Assembly: GCA_963769935.1 (NCBI GenBank) | Contig: CAVYNY010000010.1 | Coordinates: forward strand, 512,001-576,000 | Source: an uncultured delta proteobacterium | GTDB lineage: Bacteria; Desulfobacterota; Desulfobacteria; Desulfobacterales; JAFDCJ01 | Direction: 5' to 3' | Length of the DNA: 64,000 bases | Shown here: positions 20,122 to 29,324 of the stretch, piece by piece | Layout of the letters: the number at the start of each line of letters is the position of its first letter | How positions within the stretch are numbered: position 1 is the stretch's first letter | Made by a program: the position numbers and the translations under genes | Notes under the pieces: model-generated | What the model was told of the DNA's origin: nothing | Databases searched by the model: none | What the model saw: the letters and a program-made list of their open reading frames with translations, nothing else

Positions 20122-21039
20122 TTAGTGATCGGCATTGAGCGGAAACACCATTTTCCCGGACAGACTCAGATCATAGCCGGAAATTTTACCAACCAGGTCC
20201 TTAAACTCTTTTTCATGGAGCAGCCCCAGGAAGCGCTGAATATTTTCGTCAAAAAACCGATCCCGGGCAATCATCAGATCAAACCGTTCCCAGCGCAGCG
20301 GGAGAAAATCGAGGTTCAAAAGACCGGCCACGGCTTTAATGCCGGGACCGGCATCCACGCGTTGGGACAAGACTTCGAGACCGACGTCCAAATGGCGCGC
20401 AACTTCGGTGGTATATCCTTCAATTTTTTCACCCTTCAGACCGGCTTTTTGCAGTTCCTTGTCGAACAACAGGCGTGTGCCGGTGCCCAGAGACCGGTTG
20501 ACGATCTTTATTCCCGGCCGCCCAAGATCGGCCACCGCTGATATCTTTTTGGGATTGCCCTTGGTCAGGAGAATCCCCTGTTCGCGGCGGCAGAAATTAA
20601 GAACTGCCGGTGCTCGGTCCAGTTCCTTGATCGCGAAATCAAAATTATATTCATGCTCATCTTCCTGGAGCAGATGGCTGGAAGCAATGTGACAGAGGTT
20701 TTTGCGCAGCGCCTGCAGCCCGCCCATGCTTCCGAGATTGCCGAAAACGGCTACCTGACCGGAATTGAGACGGTTGTAAAGCGAGAGCGTTCGATCCAGC
20801 AGCAAGTCGTTGCTTCCGGCAACGATGAGCAGCCCCTGCAAGACCGGCAGCTGAGCGGCCGCTTCCGGATAATTGATGGTATTGGCTTCAATCCATTGTT
20901 GCACCAGGTGCTTGGGGAAAAGCCATTTGCCGGTAATCTTTGTGGCCGGCAGTCCTTTTTCCGAGACGAGGGCATACACCATTTTTTCGTTGATATTTAG
21001 AAACCGAGCCACTTCTTTCGTGGAAAAAAGTTCGTCCAT
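20122..21039 (-). CDS. Excisionase-type HTH + PBP-like domain regulator of Mo/W transport (TaoR-like)
   Basis: N-terminal FSTKEVARFL..LPATKITGKWLF HTH; C-terminal GSND, GSMGGL, RREQG and NRSLGTGTR. Confidence 0.85.
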   Translation of the reverse strand: MDELFSTKEVARFLNINEKMVYALVSEKGLPATKITGKWLFPKHLVQQWIEANTINYPEAAAQLPVLQGLLIVAGSNDLLLDRTLSLYNRLNSGQVAVFGNLGSMGGLQALRKNLCHIASSHLLQEDEHEYNFDFAIKELDRAPAVLNFCRREQGILLTKGNPKKISAVADLGRPGIKIVNRSLGTGTRLLFDKELQKAGLKGEKIEGYTTEVARHLDVGLEVLSQRVDAGPGIKAVAGLLNLDFLPLRWERFDLMIARDRFFDENIQRFLGLLHEKEFKDLVGKISGYDLSLSGKMVFPLNADH

Positions 21040-21227
21040 CGCGGGGCAGCCTTAATTTGTTGTCAATTTGAATCTAATCGGGTAAACCAAAAGTAAAAAT
21101 AAAGTTATTCAGCTACAGGATTGCGCCAATATTTGTCAATATATTTCTTTTAGAATCCATGTTTTAGAAAATATATAACCTATACTTACTCCAACGAACA
21201 TCTAAGACCGAAGAAAGGACAGGAAGG

Positions 21228-21920
21228 ATGAAAACCATCGGCCTGATCGGCGGCATGAGCTGGGAGTCCTCCATCGAATATTACCGCATCATCAATGAAG
21301 CCACCCGCGATGAGCTGGGCGGGTTGCATTCGGCCAAAAGCATCATGTATTCGGTGGAGTTTGCCGAGGTCGAAGCCCTGCAGCATGCGGGCCGCTGGCA
21401 CGAGGCGGCTCGCATTTTAATCGCGGCCGCCCAAGGTCTGGAAAAAGCCGGGGCGGATTTTGTTCTCATCTGTACAAACACGATGCATAAATTGTATGAT
21501 GACGTACAGCGACAGATTACGATTCCCATGCTGCACATCGCCGATGCAACAGCCCAAGTCATACAGGCCGGGGGCCTCGGCCGGGTCGGTTTGCTGGGGA
21601 CCCGGTTCACCATGGAAGAAGATTTTTACAAGGGCCGGCTGATTGAAAAGTACGGTCTGGAGGTTATCGTTCCCACGGCCGAAGAAATGACAGAGGTTCA
21701 TCGGATTATTTACGAAGAATTATGCGCCGGTAAAATCATCGCTGCTTCCAGACAAACCTACATTGACATCATAAAACGCGTCGTCGGCGAGGGGGCTGAG
21801 GGCGTCATTTTGGGCTGCACTGAAATCGGATTGCTGGTCGGGCCGGAAGACAGTTCCGTTCCGCTGTTTGATACAACTGCAATTCACGCTAAAGCAGCTG
21901 TGCGATATGCTTTAGGTTGA
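21228..21920 (+). CDS. Asp/Glu racemase-family amino-acid racemase (YgeA/RacX-like)
   Basis: IGLIGGMSWES; two catalytic Cys in ICTNTMH and LGCTEI. Confidence 0.93.
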   Translation: MKTIGLIGGMSWESSIEYYRIINEATRDELGGLHSAKSIMYSVEFAEVEALQHAGRWHEAARILIAAAQGLEKAGADFVLICTNTMHKLYDDVQRQITIPMLHIADATAQVIQAGGLGRVGLLGTRFTMEEDFYKGRLIEKYGLEVIVPTAEEMTEVHRIIYEELCAGKIIAASRQTYIDIIKRVVGEGAEGVILGCTEIGLLVGPEDSSVPLFDTTAIHAKAAVRYALG

Positions 21921-22046
21921 AATGATTTGCCTGACCGGACTCGCTTAATGAAAGAACGCCGGCGTCGCCTGGCAACGCTCTAGGCAAACATGACCAAAAA
22001 GGCTTTAACATCAAAAGTTTGGATATTACAAATTGTTCGCAGAGAA

Positions 22047-22087
22047 GCCGGGATTCAAGCATTGGATATATATGCTTGAATCCCGGC
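22047..22087. terminator. Probable bidirectional terminator hairpin
   Basis: 16-bp perfect arms GCCGGGATTCAAGCAT / ATGCTTGAATCCCGGC between convergent genes. Confidence 0.7.
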
Positions 22088-22140
22088 GTATTAAAAAATC
22101 ATTCGAAAGAACAGGGCTCGTTTAAATCTGACTCCAAAGA

Positions 22141-24411
22141 TCAGGCTTTCCTTATCCTTAAGTAGGTCAGTCCCGAGGCAATTACCATCGGAACGACGCC
22201 GATAATGATCAGGATCAGGTGCGACGGCATGCTGAACCATTCGAGCATTCGAATACGGTCCGTGCCGATGAATTCGAGACTGCGGGCATGCCAGTAGCCA
22301 TTTTGAAGCACATCCCAAACCTGCAAAATACCTTCCGGAAACAAATTGGTGATCACCATCAGGGCCAGCCCGATGTTCAGGCCCCAGAAGGAAACCTTGA
22401 CAAATTTTTGCGGCAGCACCCACTGTTCAGCCGTCAGCACGTGGCGCAGGCCTAAAACCAGCAGGGCCATGGCCAGCATGCCGAACGCTCCCAGCAAGGC
22501 GGCATGGCCATGGTTCAGGGTTAATACGGTGCCTGCTTCAAAGTAGCTGACAACCGGCATATTGATCAGGAATCCGAATATGCCGGCGCCCACAAAGTTC
22601 CAGAATCCGACCGCCATTAAAAAATAAAAGGCCCATTTGTGGGGGATGCTTTTTTTCGGCGAACCGGCGGCGCCACCGGATCCGGTCAACTTGATAAAGT
22701 CCCAGGCGTCGAGCGTGAGCAGGGTGAGCGGCACCACTTCAAGCGCCGAAAACATAGCCGCCAGCGCCATGGTAAAGTTGGCCTGGCCTGTCCAATACCA
22801 GTGGTGGGCCGTGCCGATAATGCCGCCCGCCAAAAAGAGGATGGCATCCATGTAAATGACCCGCACCACATTAATGCGCCGGACGACCCCCAGTTGGTAG
22901 AATGTGACCGCAACCAGCACGGTTACAAACAGCTCAAAGAAGCCTTCCACCCAAAGGTGGATAATCCAGAACCGCCACGTGTCCACCACTGTAAAATTGG
23001 AGGTGCTGCTGAAAAAGAAGGCCGGCAGGTAAAAAAACGGGATAGCGGCGGCGCCGCCTAAGAAAAGCAGCGTAATTTCCCGCCGCTCCGGGTCCTTCAA
23101 GGCCGGTGCGGTCGTGCGGTAGAGAAGTCCCAACCAGAAGCTGAACCCGATCACCAGGATGACTTGCCAAAACCGCCCGAGCTCCAGATATTCCCAGCCC
23201 TGGTGTCCAAACCAGGACCATAAACCGCCGAACAGCTGATGAATGCCCGCCAGTTCGCCCAGCAGGCTGCCGGCCACCAATACCACGAGGGCCCCGAACA
23301 GCATGTGAACGCCCAGCGCATGTCCCCGCGGTTCCTTCTGGCTCAGAGAAGAGGCCAGCAACAGGCCGCCGGCGATGTAGGCGGTGGCAATCCAGAAAAT
23401 GGCCAGCTGAAGGTGCCAGGTGCGCAGAATGTTACTCGGCAGGTACTGCGCCAGGTCGATGCCGTAGAAACTTCCGGGTTCGGCCCGATAGTGGGCCAGG
23501 GCGCCGCCGATCATGACCTGCGCAAAAAAAAGCAGCGCCACAATAAGAAAATACTTGACGGTCGCCTTCTGTCCGGCGGTAGCTTCGCCGGACAGAAGGT
23601 GGGGGTGAACAGCCTCGGGACCGCCTTTCCAGCCCAGATAATCGAACTTTCCGAAAACAAACAGCACGACAGCCAAACCGGCCAGCAGCATGGCAACGCT
23701 CAGGGCACTCCAGATAATCGCGTTACTGGTCAAACGGTTGCCGGCCGTCGGGTCATAGGGGAAGTTATTGGTATACGAGTAAGGTTTTCCGGGACGATTG
23801 GCGACACTGGCCCAGGCCGTCCAGGCAAAAAAGGCGGTCAGCCGGCGAATTTCGGCCGGGTCATTGATGTAATTGTCCGGCAGGCCTGAATTGGCAATCG
23901 GCTTCTTGAAATAATCGGTCCAGAACGATAGCTGCTTTTGGAATGAATCTTTTTCAGCATCTGTAAAGGTCAACTGCTTGGATGCGGGATCGTAGCGATT
24001 TTCCTTGAGGAGAATGGCAACCCGGGAATCTACCAGCGCCCGCCGGGATTCATCCAATGCCGCCAAATCCGAACCAAATGTCTGCCTGGCGATTGCCTGT
24101 CCGGCTGCCAGGGTGAGTTCGTGCAGGTACCGCGCCGAAAAATCCGGCCCCAAATAAGATCCATGGCCCCAGATCGACCCGTTCTGCATGAGACCGTATT
24201 TTAAAAAAACCTGTTGACCCGCTCCGATCTCCTGCCCGCTGAATACCATTTTGCCGGCGGAATCGACAACTTTTTCAGGAATGGGCGGAGCATTTCGGTA
24301 GGCTTGCACCGACATGAAGATCAAACCGATCATACCGCCAACGAACACCAGTAAAACGCTGCGGCGCCACCAGGCCGAGAGTGTCGGGGTGGAAGATAGC
24401 TGCTCTTTCAT
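22141..24411 (-). CDS. norB: Quinol-dependent nitric oxide reductase (qNor)
   Basis: 756 aa; GSIWGHGSYLGPD, YTNNFP, AHYRAE, RTWH, HLWVEGFFE, GTAHH, SALEVVP and NHGH. Confidence 0.95.
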   Translation of the reverse strand: MKEQLSSTPTLSAWWRRSVLLVFVGGMIGLIFMSVQAYRNAPPIPEKVVDSAGKMVFSGQEIGAGQQVFLKYGLMQNGSIWGHGSYLGPDFSARYLHELTLAAGQAIARQTFGSDLAALDESRRALVDSRVAILLKENRYDPASKQLTFTDAEKDSFQKQLSFWTDYFKKPIANSGLPDNYINDPAEIRRLTAFFAWTAWASVANRPGKPYSYTNNFPYDPTAGNRLTSNAIIWSALSVAMLLAGLAVVLFVFGKFDYLGWKGGPEAVHPHLLSGEATAGQKATVKYFLIVALLFFAQVMIGGALAHYRAEPGSFYGIDLAQYLPSNILRTWHLQLAIFWIATAYIAGGLLLASSLSQKEPRGHALGVHMLFGALVVLVAGSLLGELAGIHQLFGGLWSWFGHQGWEYLELGRFWQVILVIGFSFWLGLLYRTTAPALKDPERREITLLFLGGAAAIPFFYLPAFFFSSTSNFTVVDTWRFWIIHLWVEGFFELFVTVLVAVTFYQLGVVRRINVVRVIYMDAILFLAGGIIGTAHHWYWTGQANFTMALAAMFSALEVVPLTLLTLDAWDFIKLTGSGGAAGSPKKSIPHKWAFYFLMAVGFWNFVGAGIFGFLINMPVVSYFEAGTVLTLNHGHAALLGAFGMLAMALLVLGLRHVLTAEQWVLPQKFVKVSFWGLNIGLALMVITNLFPEGILQVWDVLQNGYWHARSLEFIGTDRIRMLEWFSMPSHLILIIIGVVPMVIASGLTYLRIRKA

Positions 24412-24965
24412 TTTAATATCTCCTTCTCTAAATTTTCTATCATTTTATGGAATTCGTCGTGTTTGCCCGATCCAATTTCTTCGGTTTCTATCAATTCAAA
24501 ACCTTGCCACAATTTCACTTGCGCCTGCTCTGATAGATGCCTCTCTGCAAGCGGAAACAAAACGCCATTCTCCTTATCAATGTGTTGATCCAACAAGTTT
24601 ATATACTTCCGAGCAGTTTTCACAAATTCCGCGGCCGCCTCTCGGTTGCCGTTGGTGTATTGAGAAAGTGCAGCATTCATACTCCGGACGTATTCACGCC
24701 CCTGCTGATGTTCATGGAGCAGCACCCCAATCGGGCCGCCTTCCCTGCTGACGCCGACATTTTCCAATGCCGGAAAAAGCAGTTCTTCTTCCTTTGCATG
24801 ATGACATTTATCCACAAATACCTTAAAGAACTCCAATAGTCGATCTAAATGTCCAAGACCGATAATCTCTTCTGATTTTTCGATGCGCTGACAAATTTTA
24901 TCTAGGATTCTTAAAGTTAACCGAACCGCCTCGTGTTCCATTTTTAAATCTTTTATCGGTTGCAT
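24408..24965 (-). CDS. Hemerythrin (HHE) domain protein
   Basis: MEHEAV, HHAKEEELLFP, HEHQQGR and QHIDKENGVLFP; stop overlaps the norB start. Confidence 0.9.
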   Translation of the reverse strand: MQPIKDLKMEHEAVRLTLRILDKICQRIEKSEEIIGLGHLDRLLEFFKVFVDKCHHAKEEELLFPALENVGVSREGGPIGVLLHEHQQGREYVRSMNAALSQYTNGNREAAAEFVKTARKYINLLDQHIDKENGVLFPLAERHLSEQAQVKLWQGFELIETEEIGSGKHDEFHKMIENLEKEILK

Positions 24966-25023
24966 GTTTTGACTCCTGTCTGATGTATTATTTCTATTAC
25001 AATTTACCGTTGGCTTCATAATC

Positions 25024-25039
25024 AGCAAGCTGTGTGCCA
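25024..25039 (-). promoter_or_regulatory. Sigma54 promoter of the hemerythrin-norB operon
   Basis: Minus strand TGGCACACAGCTTGCT is a consensus match. Confidence 0.88.
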
Positions 25040-25077
25040 AAAATTTTATATATTAATTTCATTTAGTTAGAGAATGT

Positions 25078-25139
25078 GTTGCTATATTTACAACAACCCA
25101 TGGTTGCTATTTTCATAACGATGTTGTAATAATCATAAC
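25078..25139. promoter_or_regulatory. Three candidate NorR enhancer sites
   Basis: 17-bp imperfect palindromes GTTG-N9-YAAC at 25078-25094, 25103-25119 and 25123-25139. Confidence 0.7.
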
Positions 25140-25140
25140 C

Positions 25141-26718
25141 ATGGATATGCTGGATACATTGGCTTCCATAGCTGCCGACCTCACGGGTGCCCTCAGCGCC
25201 AAGGATCGTTATCAACGATTGCTCGGTGCGTTGCACCGCATTATTCCATTCGATGCGGCCGCTCTGCTGCGGTTGGAGGGAGAGGTGCTCATCCCGCTTG
25301 CGGCTCACGGACTTTTACCCAACGCTATGGGCCGTCGCTATGCCCGCAGCGATCATCCGCGGCTTGATCGTATTTGTGATTCACACGAACCTGTGTGGTT
25401 TGCAGCCGACAACTCACTTCCCGATCCATTTGACGGCTTATTGGCCAAAGATGCCGAGGCCTTGCACCACATCCACGCATGTTTGGGCTGTCCGCTGTAT
25501 GTCGATGGAATGCTTGTCGGCGCGCTGACCGCCGATGCGCTTGATCCCCATGCCTTTGATGGTCTCGATCAGGGTTTTTTGAAGGCGGTTGGCGCTATCG
25601 CCGGCGCTCAAATGCAGACGGCGAACCTGATCGAGGCTTTGGAACACAGCGCCGAGCTTCAGGGGCTGATTGCCAGCGACTTGATGCAGGATATACATCG
25701 GCGTCAGGGAAGCCAAATTATCGGCAGCAGCCGGATCATGGATCACCTGCGACGTGAGATCGATTTGGTCGCAGCCTCGGATTTCACCGTAATGGTTTTA
25801 GGGGAGACCGGTGTCGGCAAGGAATTAGTGGTCCGCGCCATTCACGCTGCTTCGGCCCGCAGCGATGGCCCGATGCTTTACCTGAATTGTGCCGCTCTGC
25901 CCGAGACGCTGGCCGAGACCGAGCTTTTTGGGCACCTGAAGGGCGCATTTACCGGGGCCGGCCGAGACAGGGCGGGAAAATTCGAGTTGGCCGATAAAGG
26001 GACTTTGTTTTTGGATGAAGTCGGCGAACTGCCCGCCTCAATCCAGGCCAAGTTATTAAGAGCAATCCAGGAAGGTGAAATCCAGCGAGTCGGTTCAGAA
26101 AAGACGATCCACGTGGACGTGCGACTGCTTGTTGCTACGAATCGGGACCTTGATGCGGAAGTCAAACGAGGAAGGTTTAGAGCGGACCTTTATCATCGGC
26201 TTAATGTTTACCCCATAAAAGTACCGGCTTTGTGTGAGCGCAGAGAGGATATCCCGCTGCTGACGGGGTATTTTTGTGAACGGACGCAGCGTCGCCTGGG
26301 TCTGGGCCCGGTACGAATCAGTACCCATGCCGTTGAAATTTTGAGTCGCTATTCCTGGCCGGGAAACGTACGGGAGTTGGAAAATATTATTTCACGAGCA
26401 ATACTTAAGGCCTCGTCTGAATCGCCCCGCGGCAATCCGGTTATCATTAAACCAATTCATCTGGGTGGTGATTTAATAGCCTTGGATGCGAATGTCCAGC
26501 TTGCATCACCCGACTTTGATCCGCTGATATCAAAAGAGCTGAATCTTCAGGAGGCGGTTCAACAGTTTAAAAAACAACTGATTCAGCGTGTTCTGACTAA
26601 AAATGACGGCAATTGGGCCGCTACCGCCAAAGATTTAGGAATGCACCGGAGCAATCTTCATCATCTCGCTGCCCGTTTGGGCCTGCGCAAAAAAGCAAAA
26701 AAACGCGATTCAAAATGA
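25141..26718 (+). CDS. norR: NO-responsive sigma54 activator NorR (GAF-AAA-HTH)
   Basis: HPRL, LPDPFDGL and HACLGC GAF iron-site motifs; GETGVGKE, ELFGH..GAFTGA, WPGNVREL; divergent from norB. Confidence 0.93.
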   Translation: MDMLDTLASIAADLTGALSAKDRYQRLLGALHRIIPFDAAALLRLEGEVLIPLAAHGLLPNAMGRRYARSDHPRLDRICDSHEPVWFAADNSLPDPFDGLLAKDAEALHHIHACLGCPLYVDGMLVGALTADALDPHAFDGLDQGFLKAVGAIAGAQMQTANLIEALEHSAELQGLIASDLMQDIHRRQGSQIIGSSRIMDHLRREIDLVAASDFTVMVLGETGVGKELVVRAIHAASARSDGPMLYLNCAALPETLAETELFGHLKGAFTGAGRDRAGKFELADKGTLFLDEVGELPASIQAKLLRAIQEGEIQRVGSEKTIHVDVRLLVATNRDLDAEVKRGRFRADLYHRLNVYPIKVPALCERREDIPLLTGYFCERTQRRLGLGPVRISTHAVEILSRYSWPGNVRELENIISRAILKASSESPRGNPVIIKPIHLGGDLIALDANVQLASPDFDPLISKELNLQEAVQQFKKQLIQRVLTKNDGNWAATAKDLGMHRSNLHHLAARLGLRKKAKKRDSK

Positions 26719-26740
26719 AAAGCGCCGGCCGGAAAAACAA

Positions 26741-26774
26741 AACGGCAGAGCTCTTTAAGAAGAACTCCGCCGTT
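26741..26774. terminator. Hairpin between convergent norR and helicase genes
   Basis: AACGGCAGAGCTCTT..AAGAACTCCGCCGTT imperfect inverted repeat. Confidence 0.5.
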
Positions 26775-26838
26775 GAAATGAATTAGCTGAAATTGAGCGG
26801 GAAAATTTTGTTTTGATCCCTGACTCAGGTTTTAATTT

Positions 26839-28008
26839 TTAGCGCGGATTTCCCGCCCACTGCGAACGGCCTTCACGCTTGGGTGCGGGCGATCCGTAGT
26901 CAAAAGTTGATAGGGTGCGCTGTTCGATTTCGGAACCGATAATTCGATTGATGGCGCGCACCATATCCTTGTCTTCTCCGGTAACAAGGGTAAACGCTTC
27001 GCCGCTGCGAGTTGCCCGGCCCGTCCGTCCGATGCGGTGAATGTATGCCTCGGGGGTGGAAGGGATATCATAGTTGATGACATGCGAAATCTGGGTAACG
27101 TCGATGCCGCGCGCGGCGATATCGGTAGCCACCAGAATCTTATAGGTCCCGTTGCGAAAGCCGTCCAGGGTTGCCTGGCGGCGTGTCTGGGAAAGGTTCC
27201 CCTGCAGGGAAGCCGATCGGTAGCCCGCAGCAGCAAGCTTTTGCCCCAGGCTCTTGGCGCGATGTTTGGTCCGGGTAAAAACCAGCACCGATCTGGTATG
27301 GGTGTTGCCCAGCAGCTTTAGCAGCAGCGCCGTTTTTAAATGCTGGGCTACCGGGTAAAGTGCGTGGCTGACCGTATCCGCAGGGGCGGTGATTCCCACC
27401 TGGACGGTGGCCGGATCCTGCAGGATATCCCCGGCCAGGCGGCGAATTTCGGTGGGCATGGTGGCCGAGAAGAGGAGCGTCTGGCGCTTCTTGGGAAGAT
27501 GTTTTAAAATTCGCCGGATATCGGGAATAAATCCCATGTCGAGCATCTGGTCGGCTTCATCGATAACCAGCACCTCCACTTGGGAAAGATCGATGCTGGA
27601 ACGTCCGATATGGTCTATAAGCCGGCCGGGGCAGGCAACGACAATATCGGCACGCTTCAGATTCTGAATCTGCGGCTGAATGCCCACGCCGCCGTAAACA
27701 GAAACGCTTCGGATGCGCGTCTTACGGCCCAGCGTTTCGATCGCCTGATGAGTCTGTTCGGCCAGTTCACGGGTAGGGGCGACGATCAGGGCGCGCACGC
27801 CTCCGTATTTACTCCCCACCAGTCGATTAAGTATCGGCAGCACGAAGGCCGCCGTTTTTCCGGTGCCCGTTTGGGCCATACCCATTATATCACGACCACT
27901 AGATACCAGCGGAATGGCCCGAGTCTGAATCGGGGTCGGGGTTTCATAACCCGCCGCTGCAACGCCTGCCGCAACGGAGGGATGAAAATTAAATGTTTCA
28001 AAGTTCAA
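26839..28008 (-). CDS. DEAD-box RNA helicase (RhlE-like)
   Basis: Q-motif TPIQ, AQTGTGKT, PTRELA, DEAD, SAT, ARGID and HRIGRTGRA; TTG start. Confidence 0.93.
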   Translation of the reverse strand: MNFETFNFHPSVAAGVAAAGYETPTPIQTRAIPLVSSGRDIMGMAQTGTGKTAAFVLPILNRLVGSKYGGVRALIVAPTRELAEQTHQAIETLGRKTRIRSVSVYGGVGIQPQIQNLKRADIVVACPGRLIDHIGRSSIDLSQVEVLVIDEADQMLDMGFIPDIRRILKHLPKKRQTLLFSATMPTEIRRLAGDILQDPATVQVGITAPADTVSHALYPVAQHLKTALLLKLLGNTHTRSVLVFTRTKHRAKSLGQKLAAAGYRSASLQGNLSQTRRQATLDGFRNGTYKILVATDIAARGIDVTQISHVINYDIPSTPEAYIHRIGRTGRATRSGEAFTLVTGEDKDMVRAINRIIGSEIEQRTLSTFDYGSPAPKREGRSQWAGNPR

Positions 28009-28034
28009 TAAATGCCTTCTTTCTGTGTTTCCAT

Positions 28035-28064
28035 AAAAAAAGCCCCGGAGATATTCCGGGGCTT
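28035..28064 (-). terminator. Intrinsic-terminator-like hairpin inside the helicase 5' leader
   Basis: Minus strand AAGCCCCGGA-ATATC-TCCGGGGCTTTTTTT. Confidence 0.7.
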
Positions 28065-28107
28065 ACGTGATTTTTAGTTACAACCAGGAACACTGTTATT
28101 TTTAGTG

Positions 28108-28136
28108 ATCATACAGGCAGTTGGAACTGCTGTCAA
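28108..28136 (-). promoter_or_regulatory. Sigma70 promoter of the helicase
   Basis: Minus strand TTGACA-N17-TATGAT. Confidence 0.75.
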
Positions 28137-28182
28137 GTAAATAATATTTTGAGGATGGAACATACAGACAATTATGGATTCC

Positions 28183-28482
28183 TTACCCCCTCCAAGGTTT
28201 GACCTCCAATGTTAACCCTTCCACCTTTTGAATAACTACTCTATCACCCGGTAATAAAGTGACTTCACTGACAGCCTGCCATAGTTCCCCATTCACGAAA
28301 ACTTTTCCCTCATTCTTCTTCCACTGTCTGACCTCACCCACCTTACCCAACATGCCCGACACTCCACAAACAGATTTTCTCTTTCTTCCTTTGATAAACC
28401 AGAACAGAGGAAAGACCACGTGCTCAATGAACTCAAAGAGGAAAAATCCAATAACCAGAGTCCATATTATGGTTTTTGTCAT
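28183..28482 (-). CDS. Short NfeD-like protein (TM + OB fold)
   Basis: GKVFVNGELWQA..VEGLTLEV NfeD C-terminal signature. Confidence 0.8.
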   Translation of the reverse strand: MTKTIIWTLVIGFFLFEFIEHVVFPLFWFIKGRKRKSVCGVSGMLGKVGEVRQWKKNEGKVFVNGELWQAVSEVTLLPGDRVVIQKVEGLTLEVKPWRG

Positions 28483-28519
28483 CTTTTGATTCCGTGTTTA
28501 CACAAAGGTTCAAGAAGGT

Positions 28520-28711
28520 TCAAGCATTAAGCCCTGCCAGCCAATCACCTGCCCAATGTGTAATTTCAATCACTACGATTGCGATCATGAGGTGTTCCCC
28601 AACAATCTTCCAAGGTCGCTCACTCTGGGATTTTGCAATAATGTAGCTCAGCAGTGTGAGGATTGACAACCCCCATATCAGACTAATATCAGCAGCGGGC
28701 ATCGGCCCCAT
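28520..28711 (-). pseudogene. C-terminal fragment of a VIT1/CCC1-like membrane protein
   Basis: WGLSILTLLSYIIAK..PWKIVGEHL..ITHWAG resembles a VIT1-family C-terminus; the N-terminal part is missing. Confidence 0.45.
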
Positions 28712-28740
28712 TTCGGCTGAAAAGAATTGTCAGGCGAATA

Positions 28741-29322
28741 TCACCTGGGAACCTTGACATCGTCATCATCATAAATTCCTTTTTCGGCGCTTGTATGACA
28801 TGCCGGACAGTTCGCCAACGAACCAACGGATTCACGCTTGAATACTGCAGGGTCCAGTTTATGATGCTTTCTACGAATGTAAGGAATGTCGGTGATCTTA
28901 TCAGGTGCCCGTCTTCCTAAACTATTAATGATTTTTACGGGCATCTTGGCTGAAGAGCCTTCTGCTGCATTCGTTTTCAGATAGTCGGATATGGTTTTTA
29001 TTGTAGCCGGTTCGGCCCCAATTTCCTCTCCGAAATGGTCATTGAGTTGATTCATAATTGCCAGCCATGAGGCGGACGGCAACAGCTCCGGCTGATAAGC
29101 GAAATGGCACTCACCACATGTTTCTTTATACGCCTGGTTGGTTACGGGTTTCAGATAGTCCTTACGATCATGATCTTCATTATCATCATCACTTTTTTGA
29201 GATCCCTCTCGATACCGGTGTCTTTTTTTGTAATGATCATCATCGGCTGAAACATCAAAAAATAAACTCAGGGTCAACAAAAGCGATATTGCCAATAGGA
29301 CATATTTGGTGCAGTTTTTCAT
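28741..29322 (-). CDS. Diheme cytochrome c (DHC family)
   Basis: Signal peptide, two CxxCH motifs (CGECH, CPACH), LLPSASW..HFG motif. Confidence 0.88.
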   Translation of the reverse strand: MKNCTKYVLLAISLLLTLSLFFDVSADDDHYKKRHRYREGSQKSDDDNEDHDRKDYLKPVTNQAYKETCGECHFAYQPELLPSASWLAIMNQLNDHFGEEIGAEPATIKTISDYLKTNAAEGSSAKMPVKIINSLGRRAPDKITDIPYIRRKHHKLDPAVFKRESVGSLANCPACHTSAEKGIYDDDDVKVPR

Positions 29323-29324
29323 AT

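Noticed and set aside
22141..24411. NO dismutase (Nod) instead of qNor
   Set aside because: Canonical qNor residues are retained (AHYRAE quinol site, HLWVEG, GTAHH, SALE), without the substitutions typical of Nod.
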